From the NCBI GenBank assembly GCA_976226885.1, contig OZ320315.1:81530001-81594000 (forward strand): a DNA stretch of 64,000 bases, in the 5' to 3' direction. Every line of letters starts with the position of its first letter. The first letter of the stretch is position 1. The notes beneath the pieces were generated by a model. The model was not told where the DNA came from and made no database searches. It worked only from the letters and a program-made list of their open reading frames with translations. This document shows, one piece after another, positions 38,317 to 51,500 of this stretch. Both the position numbers and the translations under genes were made by a program. This DNA comes from Iphione sp. A-MEVVRFRX5. Lineage: Eukaryota.

Positions 38317-41300
38317 CTGCAATCACAAACAAGGAAAGAGGGTGGGGGTCAGATCCGGGTGTAACCGACCATCTCATAAGATATGCATGGATAACGAACG
38401 TAACACGGATATCAATAGAAAACAAAGACGTCCGAAATTCAGCTTTCTCACTTCTCTTCACTAGAACGAAAACACGCCTAAAGGCATTGTTATTGGCAAG
38501 TATCTAATCCATCATTTTGATTTTTAAAAAACGGGTCCTTGCGCAAGACTAACGGCACACTAAATACTCAAAAATATTTGCAGAACAGTAAAGTTAATAC
38601 ATGTACAAGCATTCCCATTTGTTCATTTCATACCATAGAATAGGTCTCCCATAGTGCTGATACAGCATATTTTCGTGTCCACTTCGATAACAATGTACTT
38701 AGCTGTACCTCCGTCATTTTATTAATACGCATATCGGATGTTTTCATAACAATGCCCCTGGAACTATTAGTCTTTGAATCTTTCATGACCAATGACCGAA
38801 CAATAACCTAAAAATAATCCTCGGGATGGTATGCTGCCAATGCTCAAAATGGCAATGACGCTCTATCAGTATTTTAATTACAAAAAAGCAGAGAGAGACC
38901 GTTGGCCCAAGGAATGATTTTACTATTGGCATAGTGTTAAAGGTGAACGTAGCACGCCTAAGCACCGAGTGGGGCTGCCTAACGGGTTACTTTTGGTGTC
39001 CCTATATCCATCTTCTGACCGGAGCATGTGTTACAGATAAAGCAAAGGGCAGCTCATCATAGTTCAATTTCCTGACCTGTGCCGTGGGGTTAGCGGGACA
39101 CTAATGCCTGAAAAGCTGCCCAACTCCCGCTAGGAGGAATCACTGGAGCGCCCCCTGTTGCCTTTTGTTTGGTATGATGGGCCACCGCCAGAGACGCTGG
39201 TGACTGCCGCTAGATAGAGCCAGTGGCCAAGGCTGCACACATCGAGGGACGCATGCGGATTAGTCGCACCATCAATGTCGGCCAGTTGACTCCTCTTATC
39301 TGAAGCCAACACAAAGGTCTAGGGGCCGACAGGTGGGGAGGCAGGAAAGCCTCGAACACACACACACACATGTACACGCACATGCTCACGCCTACACACG
39401 CACCTACATGTACGGCACCGCAGGCGGTGACTTTGAAACCCCGGGTATCTTCGCACACAGCTCCCTTATACACTTGAAGCACGCCGAATTCGAAAAAGGC
39501 CGGATCTGTGGAGGACGGCAGGAAGGCGGCTCGGTGCAGAGAGCCAATTTACGCACCCAGATTTCTGTTATCACAAAAGACGTTTTTGCTGATGGGTTTC
39601 TAGATGACCCGCTGGGTTTTGTAAGTCTTTGATAAACACGCTCTGCTACTTCGGCTGAAAACATGTGGCAACATTTCTCTCTCGTTGCATGGGCATTCAA
39701 AAGCTCACTTTTCGACAGTTTGACACTGTTTTGACACTGTCGATGTCAATTAACCGTCAAATCTGGTGTTAGCAATTCACTGGGCATATTATTGGATGAA
39801 AGCAAAGCAGCTTATATAACTTGTTCTTGAAATATTAAGTGAGCGAAAGTTATCCTATGGCTAGAACCTCTGCCTTTGAGTAAAGTAATGGAATCCATGG
39901 AGGATTTAGAAGAAGACTGCAGCAGTTACTCCGGCAGTATTGAATACGTGATTATTGAAATAAATGATGTACAGCCCCTTTAGATTCTTTCCCGTAATTT
40001 TTGGATCTCCCTCACACTCACTGAAAACATACTAAAAATTTAAATCTCACATCGGTTTAATGCATTCTAGAAAAAAACAGCTTGGTTTTTCCTATGGAAA
40101 CGATCGATCATGAAGTCAGCCATTTTGTACGGCACTTTGCTGACTATAAGAGGAGAGATACGAGGCTTTCCATGCAGGCTTGTGGTAGTAAAGCGAGGCT
40201 GTAACCGCCGATGACGAATAGCACATGTTTCAGGCAATATTTTACGCATGTATTGTTTGTCCTGAATGAAAAACACATCAAATGATATTGCTGATTTATA
40301 TATCACTATTGTATTTTACAATCCCTTTCAAAGCAAGTGAAATACTTTGCATTAAAACTGATGTACGTTAACTGTTACTATACATGTATTTTATAACATG
40401 TAAATGTATTGACACCTAGCAAATGTATCGCTTCCACAATTTTATCTTGGAAACAGGTTAATAAATATCGCTCGGAATTTCCAAAACCCTTTTAAGACAT
40501 GTTTAAAAAAGGCAAAAGATATTTCATTTTATTGAGTTTTGCTGGAATATTTCCATCGGATGGAATTTTACTATAAACCGGAAACAAGGCCAAACGTACT
40601 TAAACAATAGTCCATTTAAGAACGGGTTAGGCCCACTGCATTAATTTGCTGCATGCATCATTCTTATCACACACCATGAGTGCAATTTGAGAAGGTAGAA
40701 AGGTGGATCCAGATCTCCACGTAGTCTACAACATTGTGGCGCTTTTTATCTAAATATAGCACAGTCGACTTCAGTGATGTCCGATCCAGGGAGGGTTGGG
40801 TTTCAAGGAGCCTTCTGTTATTACACCAGCCGGCAGAACATTTTAATCTCACAACGCCAAAGGGTCTGCTAATGGTAAACACCTTAGGGTAACCACACAT
40901 AAGTTACATAGGGAGGGCTGTGAAATTATCAATCAATATAATGGAACACATAACACCACACCCACTGCGGATGTGATTCGCGAACGACACAGCTGGGATT
41001 TACATTGAACAATCCTTTCATACTACACCATGGACTGCATAACGAAACGTTAACCCCAGTTGTCTGCACGTCATCTGTTCTCGTTATGAGAATGTAAAAA
41101 CTCAGTGTGTATACTGCTCTATATAATTCCCGTTGATACGGTTGGAATAGTGATCAAAGGTTGCGTATTATCTCGGCACAGGAAATAATTGAACAAAATT
41201 TTGAATCGAACTATTCCAGAAGAACGAAAAACATTTAAACCCAAAAGTCATTCAAAACAGTAGGCCAAGTTCATACCCAAAATACAATGTTTGTACCTCT

Positions 41301-44300
41301 AAAGGATATATGGGATGTGTTATATATGAATAAGTGTAATGTAGATTTCCAGTTTCAGATCAAAAAGATCAGCTTAATTTGCACAGAATTATTTGACGAG
41401 CATTCATGCAAATGACAATATATATCAATAGCATAGTCTGGTCATGAGAGGGGTAAGCACTATCATATGTAAAAAGTCCCAAAACAGGTTACGGAATCAA
41501 GAGAAATCGTTTTGAGAAAACTGGGCATAGAGGATAGTATGAAAATTGTACAATAAACATTTATCTTAATGCTTTTGCCCACACATCTACACAAACAACG
41601 CAATCCGAGTCTCCCCAATGGTACTTTCATAGCTCAGTGGCCATACTCTGTCATGCATTATTATTGCTACACCTGCTCCATCAGGTGCCCAAACCACTTG
41701 TCCGATTAGGTTTGTGCTGACACAGCACTAAGACATAAAAATCAAAGCAGAAACAGAAGCAGCAAAAGCTGGAGATATGGGCCCTTTCAGTAGTCATTGG
41801 TGAATGTTCGCACTAAGCCCATGGTTTTATTCTTGTGCTTGGATGTAGCAGTTGATCATTGAGAATGGGTAGACCATTTACAAACCTGCACAAGGATACA
41901 TGGATTTAGAAGCCATTAGTAGGCCACAGTATGGTTGAGATACGGTTTCGAAAGACTGCTCCAGAGCCCAATATTACCTCGAGATATGTTTTTTTTTTAT
42001 GTGGGCGGGAAAGGACCATTATTTAGATACACGGGTCGCGGTTTGTCGAATCCACAATGTCGGATTGGACATTTCAATAACATCTGCGTTGTCATGTGAC
42101 TCTGACGATGAAATTGCCATTGACTGAGTCCTCGGGGATTCCCGGATACCATCGGTTTGGCCAACAAGGGGCGGGTACAGAAGTCACAGATCGCCGGCGG
42201 AGACCAGCCTTAAATCATGTTAAGGCAAAGGTCTTTCCACAGGGCTCGGCCAAGGGTCAGTCGGCGTGTCCTGAGTGTGGGAGGAGGCAGGGCAGTACAG
42301 GAGCAGGGAGAGCGATCGCACCGTAACGTGTAAAAGAATATACATCTATTATTATTTAACCTTGTTTCAGTTCTTGGTCTCTTTGTCTTAATCCCCATCC
42401 AACCCCTGAGGCCGATAGTGGTCGCGAATACATTTACATGTAACTGTATATCATTACTACGGAGAAAGAAAAATCAACACCTGCTAGTTGCACAAGCAGA
42501 AAGGGGAACAAATGGACTGCTTAAACAATGACAGATCTTTCACGTACCTACTAGAAAAGACCCAATAATCAGGGCATGTCGTGCGCACAACTTCAGAATT
42601 CGTCTCTCGTCGCAGCAGACATATATTTTGCCTACATTCCTGTGAAACGTTAACGTACGTGTAAGCTCTGAAGAGGAGGCCCTAAGAGTATTGATAGTTG
42701 CTGTTCCTGATTGAAAACCGATCCACTTCGTCGCCAGGGAGGCCGTCCTTTGATCGTGCGACATACAGAAAGAAGACAATGGACGGGAAGCACAGCGTAT
42801 ACGTCTTAGATATTCCGTATGGTACTAAAGGAGCCATTTTAAAAGAGGATGGTGTGTTCTATAATACATGTCATCAATAAATGGGATTTAATACATGTAT
42901 GCTTATCCATTTAGCATATGCTTAAAATGACGGGCAGGTTCTATTGGTTGTTCCTCTGGTTCAAAACCTCCTTATATTTTCAAAGCAGAATTCGCTGCAA
43001 CAATAATAATTTCATCACCGTCCATGTTCAGTGTTATGGATCGATGCTCCAAACTAAAGAGCTTTTTAAGATAGCTACTAACTCACCAGAGAGGAGTGAT
43101 TCTAACATATAGACTCCGCCCCCTCCCCCGCGCCCCCCACACACACATCCTCCTCTGCTTGCAGGCGCAAACTCTCACCAAATTTGATATGTTCGTCTGC
43201 TCGCTCTGATGTAATAGAACAATACCTGCCCGAGCCTTATGAATGACCTTGCGGACACTTGGAAAGGGACGTCGATGTGTCTGGGTCTACATTATTGGCA
43301 CTCGAAGGCAGAGCTCAAACAAGACTGCATTACGGTCAAGTGCCCTTTTGTGTATGTACCACAATTGATGGATTGACAGACTCGTTCACCACAAGGACTC
43401 GAGACATAGCATCAGTTAATATGTCATTTTGCATCATACTACACTTGGTTACGGCGTCGAGTGAACCTTCCTCCCCACTGGGTATCATCGCATGAGGGCA
43501 AAGGAGCACTCTGTACCACTGCGATGTAAAAGTCAATGTCCCCAGCATAGGTAAAAATAAGAAAAGTTCCAAACTACAAATGAGAACAGCATAATTCAAA
43601 TGAACGGATACAGACCTTGTGAAAAGTATACGGCAATAAACAGAAGCGCCTATGGCATAACTTGAGGTGCGTCTCTGCTGTTGACAGAGTGGACCTGTGT
43701 TGGACACTGACATGAAGGATCTCATTAGAAACCGAGAAAATAAACACCATTGAGTGGCGGTGGAGAGCGTGGTCGAAGGTGGGGAAGTACGGACTTTCTA
43801 CACCGAGACGCATTCGATATCTGCAGAGGTGAGGAGATGGAAAAGTGGAAGGCGCTCCACCATAGGAGCGGAGGTAGGGGATTGAGTTGCGGAATAATAT
43901 TGCATTTCTGCTCGTTCTGTAGGTAAATTATTGTCAATTTCTGAGCATTATTATGGTCTGATTTATTATACTTCTACATGTCAATCTGTGGTTTTGTTTA
44001 GCTGTTAGTAACCAGCGCCTCTAGATAATATTTTCCTGCTCCAGTTAACCAGAACAAAATTTTGGCCGACTCATCCAACATGGAAAGTCGTGATCGAATT
44101 TTGGAGAGAGATACAAGTTTCCCTTCTCAGTGAAGGTGTACTATGATTTAACATGAGTTGCACAATAGTGTCTCAATATGAAATCAGCTCAACATAAAAG
44201 CAACATTATATACTATACGCACGAATGGTTCCCTACCGTCATTCGTGGGCTACACAACAGGTCATATCTTTTGTAATGCATGTCCTCTCCTTGTACCATA

Positions 44301-44699
44301 TCTAACCCTTACTACAAACCTAGACACAGGACTGAATGAGACCTTACATATTTAAAATATCACAAACAAGACATCAGATAACCAAGATATCTATTAGCCC
44401 AGTGTTGTTACCCCAGCTCTTTCTATGCTTTTTATAGGATAAGTTCGGTAGGCAATATTTAGAAAGGAAATCAAAATACAAAGTTTGTGTTTGAAGCCAT
44501 CAGGCCGTTTTGGAGGATAGGGGCAATAGCATGAAATAATGCTCCTAAGTTGGGTAGGTACTGTGTTTTATTATATGTATATTGCAATACTTGTTTGATG
44601 TACATGTACTTTGCATTTCCATACTTCAGACTCAAAATCCATACATTATTGTATTCTCTTGCAAGGTTTGGATGGCTGCGAATTGTGCAAGGGAAGCTT

Positions 44700-45330
44700 G
44701 AGAAGACAAGCGCGATAACAATGCCCGCAGGCATTAATTCCGGAACATTGGTCATTTCTGTGGCGAGGTGCAGACCAAAATCTTTTCCTGCAGGCAGGGA
44801 TCAGGAGGACAGGGCGGCGACCGACTTTGGCGGCCTATACGGGGGGATATTAATAGTCTCGCCTAAGCTAAGCGGAGCGCGCGAGGAGACATTCCGATGT
44901 ATCAGTGGCCTGGCATGGGAGCAGCTCGCACAATGGCTGGCATTCCTGACCCACTTCGACGCACATAAATGTCGACCTTTCGCGCCACCTGCCGTGGAGG
45001 GGGAACCTACTACGGTTGCACCGGTCATGTGAGCACGTGACCCCCTCCCACCCCCAACCACCACCTAACTCCCCCCCCCCCTGTCAACTAAGACCAAGGC
45101 GTGAGGTGTGGAGGAACGTACAACGTGTACACGGCCTGCTGTAAACGCACCCGTTCGAAGCGAGGTAATCACTCCGTAATCACGCTTCTAATATGCGGCG
45201 GGATTGTGTGACAAGGTGGGCGGCCGACGATCCGCACACCCTCGAGACATGCGCATCCGGAGGCTTGAAACACGAGGAGAATCACGAGACATCATTTCCT
45301 CCATCGGTTTTTTTCATCACTCCGGCTTGG
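44700..45330. promoter_or_regulatory. CpG-rich promoter-like patch (E-box CACGTG at 45035-45040, C-runs, CATGCGCA motif near 45249)
   Basis: The motifs are read directly. It lies upstream of the large exon on the minus strand, and its function is inferred. Confidence 0.22.
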
Positions 45331-46272
45331 CAATTCGGAGAACTCATCATCCAAGCTGCGCATTTTCCTGATTAAAATTCCAGCATGCCGCAAGTTGGCA
45401 AGGGATTGCAATAAAAAATAACAACTTATCATCATATACTTTGCCACTCTGCACTTTTTGGGATTTGACATATAAACAATGCATATCGTAGCTAGTTTCG
45501 CAATCAATGTATCCTTAAATCATATATCCATATAAAAAAGAAACGGTTCTAAAAGACATTTGCGGGCACTGTTGGGTAAGTTTAATATCTCTGTAACATT
45601 CCAGGCTATGATTGTATAGATTTTGCTATAATGAATTTGATCATTTTACGTAAGGTACATATGCCTAGATAAGGTGTGTCCATGTACATGTTGACTGCAA
45701 GAGTCTAAATCTGCTTGAAAATGATCAGTGATGGTTAGCAGCTACAGCGGGCGCACAAGGCAGGCAGAGAGGAAAATATCATCAGTATACATGTACTAGG
45801 AAATATATAGGCAGTGGTGCAACGAAAACTGTGAGTAGCTGTAAACTTATAAGAGCATTTGTTGCTACTACGTTGGAGACGAAACAACTCATTTGAGATT
45901 ATCCGTGTTCCTACATGCTCTAACATGTGGTGTGACATAAATGGGCGGTAATATCATACCTGTATATATATCCCAACACGATGCACTGTCTGATCTGATT
46001 TTAGACACTCAGTTACAGCCTATGACAAACAGCAGTGTAAACGTAATACTATATTCACGTATAACTTGAAAATTGAAAATGCAGTTGTCCTGAGCTGCAT
46101 GAGCAGCCATAACAATTGCAAAACAAATCTAACTGACCGCGTCAAGTCGAATGTTAGGAAGCTAAGACACAGGAAGTCGATACAATTATCATGCTCACAA
46201 ACTCACAAAAAAACTATTGAAATTACACCTGCAGTGACTGCTACCCTAATACGCTGACAAACACTACCGGGA

Positions 46273-46339
46273 AGACACCTGACTCACTGAAAAATATCGT
46301 CAAGGCAGACACCTGACTCACTGAAAAAATATCGTCAAG
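46273..46339. repeat. Local tandem duplication, two copies of a 32-33 bp unit (agacacctgactcactgaaaaa(a)tatcgtcaag)
   Basis: Copies at 46273-46304 and 46307-46339, read directly. Confidence 0.95.
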
Positions 46340-46499
46340 TACCATATGATAAATTTACAATCAGAAACACTCGACAAAACCCAAGAATATGTATCAATGG
46401 CAAGAAGTTACAATCCAACCAACACTTGCTTCGACCACCCAAAAAAGAATCAAGAAAGCAGCAATGACCCGATCGAGTTATCGAAATCTGAGAAACATG

Positions 46500-47260
46500 T
46501 AGACGAATCTTAGTTACGGTTCAAAAAATGGTTGGCAAACTACCTATTAAACCAAACATACAAAACAGAACTAAACAACGCGATATCAAGCTCACAGTTA
46601 GTTCCCACTGGTGTATCCCAGTATAGTATCCTGGGGACATCGTTGTTTTTATTGTACATTAACGACTCTCTGAAGCTATTTGCGGTGGGTAAATGCCAAC
46701 TGTATGCAGACGACACGGTTCTTATTGTCAGCAGGTCAGATGCATAAAAATTTTCGGAATGAGCTGCAGACAAACTTGAATGTCTGAGAATAGATTGAAG
46801 ATTAACCCAAATACATCGGATGAGAATTTGAGATTTCCCACCAGTTAGACAAAATGATTAGGTCAGTGGAACCTTTAGTATCAGCATTTCAGAGAATAAA
46901 CCCACTGGTTAATGTGACAACAGCTATAAGAACCTTTAAGTTTTTCTTTCTACCATACAGAGCTCAAGGACTCAACCTGTTCAATTATAAAAGATATGTA
47001 GGTATTATTTCTATTCAAAGGATCGAAGGTTGAATCGAACCGTATGATATTGCTACCTGGATTAGGTGTCTTCGATTAGTGAACTACATAAGAAAATGAA
47101 TCTTTTGTTCTATCGATATCAAAATGAGTATTTCCTAGCCCTAGATGCAATGAAAAAGGTATATAAACCCTTATCAAAGTATAAAAGATCAGTTCGTAAC
47201 ATCAAACACAAGCCGCAAAACGAATAATCAGTTAAGGCCAATGAGGATACAGCATGAACA
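46500..47260 (+). mobile_element. Degenerate non-LTR (L2/CR1-like) reverse transcriptase fragment
   Basis: KWLANYLLNQ...TGVSQYSILGTSLFLLYINDS...QLYADDTVL matches the W..SYL / GVPQGSILGP.LF..YIND / YADD motifs. Downstream it is broken by stops and frameshifts, and LINE-like remnants may extend upstream to about 46020. Boundaries are approximate. Confidence 0.85.
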
Positions 47261-47502
47261 AATGAAACGCTCTGCAGCGGGTAATATGATACGCAAATGA
47301 AACTATATCACAACTGAAATAAAACAATTGATTAAATGTGACGAAATGAAAACAAACAGTATCCTAAAAGATACTTTTTTGAAAAGATGAATAAAGAAAA
47401 TTCCTGAGTTTCTTCAGGTGGAAGAACAATTATCATTAGGAACCACACCTATAGATAAAAGTTGGACGTGTGGCATGATACAATGTATTGTAAGGTGTAT
47501 AA

Positions 47503-47850
47503 GGCCAAAAAATTAGGTGTGTTTCTGGTAACAATTCCCCAAAAACCTAGGTAGGGAGGGGGTATCTTTTTTGAAAAAATGTCTTTCCATTTTCTCCCTC
47601 TGTTTTTCAATAATAATACAGATAATATGAAGAATTTTGACCAATTTGCAGTTTTTTGCTGAATTTCCATGGATTTTATTGTTTTTCTACTGAATTTACC
47701 AAAAACATGTGATGTGAAAACATGCATCTAAGAAAATTCAGCCTTGAAAACTCTTTGGGGCCAAAACTTTTTAGGTAGGGTGAGGTTTTACTAGGTGTGT
47801 GTGTGGAGGGGGGGGGGATACCAGAAACACCCCTATTTTTTGGGGGGGCC
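47503..47850. mobile_element. PIF/Harbinger-like (Tourist-type) MITE, 348 bp, TAA target duplication
   Basis: The ends are TAA|ggccaaaaaattaggtgtgtttctggta ... taccagaaacacccctattttttgggggggcc|TAA. These are imperfect ~28-bp TIRs with a 3-bp TAA duplication, as established for PIF/Harbinger. Confidence 0.75.
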
Positions 47851-48210
47851 TAATAAACATGACTGAATGACACATCACTGGAATAACATACCCTTGACCA
47901 AAATATCACGATGGGCAATGTGTAACATAATCATCAATTCTGTAGTCTCTATTTTCTATGAACCACTGTCCATTTCCTTATGAACCTGTAATTATTTTAT
48001 CCTTCACTCTAACCTGTATGTTGATAATGCAAGCTAGATGGAACACAAGGCCTTGTTAACGATTGGAATTTGAAACTTGTACAACATTCAGGGCCTCTCC
48101 GGTTCCAAAAATAAATAAACGTACATATAAAATAACACTAGTAGGACGAGATAAGCAGGCTAAGACACCTGCAGTCACCATGTGAACACTACAACGATGG
48201 GGCACTACAC

Positions 48211-48558
48211 CTTCTGAACATGGATCGACAGACCGGGTTGACCGAGACATACGAGCCCAGCTTGTAGCTCGTGGGGAGACCATTCCGCGAAAGTTGTAAA
48301 CAGAAGTCCGTCGGCCGGGCCTCCTCTCATCATCCAGGGAATACCTCAGTTGACCTGTAGTTGTCATTGCAGGTTCGTGTAGAACATCGTGATCCATGTG
48401 TCTAGGACTTGCGGCAGGTGACCGCTCGCGTAGGTGGTTATCCAGGCTAGGAACTAGAAGCATGCTGCCGTGATCAATACCGCATTGCTTTCTGAGAGGG
48501 GGTCGTGCTCGGAACCCGTCCTGCTGGTGTTGTATATCCATATCTGTGTACCACGTCC
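48211..48558 (-). CDS. Probable upstream coding exon (ATG at 48541: MDIQHQQDGFRARPPLRKQ...RYSLDDERRPGRRTSVY...DPCSE) of the same gene
   Basis: It is part of the 172-aa ORF 48056-48574, with acceptor tgctcttttctaaag| at 48559/48558 and start context acagatATGG. The donor AAG|GTGTAG at 48211/48210 is phase 1, matching the acceptor at 38316. This donor is non-optimal and other donors exist near 48170-48180. Confidence 0.55.
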
Positions 48559-51500
48559 CTTTAGAAAAGAGCAATCGAATTTTTGAACCCGGAAGAATAA
48601 TGGCTTAACTAGATTGTGACATAGGATCTCATCTAGATCTTCGACCTTCAGCTATTAGATTTCATTGTGTTTTGCACTTGCGTTTTCGTCTCGACACCTT
48701 CCATCGATAGTCGACAGAGTTGATGCATGAATATAGTCTGATAGCTATCACCTCGAGATATGTCGAATGTGTGTACGTAAAACAATGATATATACATCCA
48801 TTGTGTTGAATTGGTAAATACAACAGTCGCATTCCTGGATGTGGGGGATTTAAGTGATCCGTTGAAGTGCTACGCAATCAGCTTCATCGATACTTTCACA
48901 AAAAAAAGACATCTGTACTGACCTATGGCTTCAAGCTCCGGGTCCGAATCGTATTCGCCGGAGCTCAGCTCCAAGAAAGAATCGTTGGAAAAAGGCATTG
49001 GAAAGCCCTCTCTGCTGACGTGAGTATTAGTGCTTTGAATTCATTCTAACACTTTCCATGGACTCCGGACTTGCTGAGAATCGCACGTATGAGGCCTGCT
49101 GCGACCACACACCGTATTTACCAATGGTTTCGTAGTAGCAATCCCTCAGCTTATCCCGCGATCTTTGTAACAATGCATTATGTCAGCGTTTGGAGATAGC
49201 CGCTACATTCCTATCACCGGCGGCAGCCATCGTTGATAGACATGGGCGAACAGGATCTAAAGGCTGGGGATAACACGGGAACTTGGGTAGCTAGGATATT
49301 GGTTCAAATCAGCTTAGCCACACCTTTGATATGATAGCGGAAAGTCGAGTGAATTAGTCGCTATCAGAGGTTGACGTCGACGTTCGTGCTTGAAAGACTG
49401 CTGAGAGTATTAGTCCTAATCAGGATTAGAGGTGCAGGTCTTGGTAATATGAATTTAGGTGATTGTCGCAACAAGGATCTATTATAGAATGACGGGCAAC
49501 TGACAAAACAAATACCAGTGTGGATTATATATTTGTTTATAGATAAGCTCGTGGCATTTTTCTGTCGGTTAAAACCAACGTAGTAATTTAATACACTACA
49601 TGCGTTAATATAGCAATACAAAATAATATATTTTGATGTATCTTAGGTGCTGCATGCACAAACGACGGCATTTTTTTCTGTCCGATGTGCTTACTTCGTG
49701 TCATAATGCAGGTCAATCATAATAGCTAATGTCAGCGGAAATGGTGATTGGCATGTTGGCATTATCACCGTCATAGGTTACACTAACTCGGGAAAATGTC
49801 GTCTGCTAATAGGGTGGACCGATACCAATACAGTCAACCGATAGGCCGATATCATGTTAATCAACTTCTTGTTAGTGTGTTCGGCTCACCGTTACCATGG
49901 CACCTTTGATGACCCTGTAGTTATATTTCATGGTGACTTGTGTTTCAGTATTCAATCTTGTCATTAACCATAACAGGTTATCGACTTCTTTACTAATATT
50001 ATGGTCATACGTTGAATAAAATCAAGTTCGCTTATAGCTAGAAATGCTTGGTTTTTTTTACTGAAAGGTTACCCTTATACCAACTTTTTTCTTTGGGGGG
50101 GGGGGGGGGGGTCACAATTCTGCTGAAGCGGTAGCATTCTAAGCAGCCATCAGATTCATTATCAACTGGCAGGGATAGCCAACAGGCCCTGGTGCGTTCG
50201 TCCAATTATTCGCTGTCACCCGTCGGAGACCTGGTTTCTGGCGACCGGCTAATGTGGCTTCGTCAGTGGCTTCGTTAGGCAGAGGGCCTGAGCAGTAGGG
50301 CATCTACACCGGTGGCGAACCAGAGGAGAGTGCTACCCACATTACACCCCAGGTCTCCATCGCAGCTTGCTACCTAACAAGGCTACGCCCAGAAGAATTC
50401 CGAAATGGCAAGAGTCAGAATACGACCTGCTTGCTTCATTATCCCACGTTGTGAGCGGCGGCGCCACTACCGGTAGAGGACGGCACCACTCTGCTCGTTT
50501 CGATTCTAATGCTGTCGACTACCGCCACTCGTCGCCTTTCAGGAGCCAAAAGAAATCATCAAGAGGAATCCAACCTCGTGCGTTTAGGTTTCCGTGAGTT
50601 GTGCTTTAGTCTCACTGCGTGTATAGTTTGCCGAGAGGTATACATTGAAATGCCGAAAACAAAGCGTTCTTTAGACGATGACGTCTATTTTGCCGAAGAT
50701 AAATGGCACACCGACAGCTTGATATGGATGATTTCCGCACCTGTCCTTTCAGTGCAATGCCACATGGTTCAACGCGCCGACTCATTATCGGCTCTTCAAT
50801 CGACGACTGTGAATTGCGGATGGAGGTTTCCTGCCACCGGAAGGGAGGTATTTCCTGCCGCTTTGGCCGTCGATATTTTCTCCGATCACTCTCTGAATCG
50901 GTTATAAATGTCAAAGTTAATGGAGTCCATCATCCTCGTTGTGTCGTCCACGTGAAACGTACCGTCGCCATCTGTTTACCTCATAACGTGGCCGAGCTCG
51001 GCCGAGCTGCTCAAGACCAAACCTACAATACTTTCAAAACAATTCAATTTCTGAAAGCCAATTGCTGGAAAAGGACAGTCTGGCGGTCATCCATGTAATT
51101 ACACTAATATTAACATCAATATGCACTTTCATTCATTGATGTTTTATGAATTGTTCATTTCTGTATTTTTTTAAGGAAATAGGGAAGGGCAAAAACCACC
51201 AGTCGGCCATCTTGGTAAGCCACTTGTTCAGGATCTGGAGGAGTCCACTTGGTTAAGGCAAAGACATTGATGAAAGTCCCTAACAAAAGCACTACTTCTG
51301 ACCTTTGTTCTCTATTGGATGACCGCCGACCTAAAATTAGCCCCCTAAGCAGGGGGTGGGTCGGGGAGGAAGGTTGGGGGAAAGACGCACAGCACGTCCA
51401 TGTGGACAGACGTGCAACTGTCGGCTGTAATTAGATATCGTTGACAATTATTTCTCAGCACCTCAACAGGATTTATTCGCGGACTTTGGCCAACTCTGCC

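Noticed and set aside
44550-45032. 160-aa plus-strand ORF
   Set aside because: It has an AT-rich low-complexity start, no recognisable domain and no partner exons.
48920-48970. B-box-like GGGTCCGAATCG inside an 8-bp stem
   Set aside because: No A-box or cloverleaf; not a tRNA or clear SINE.
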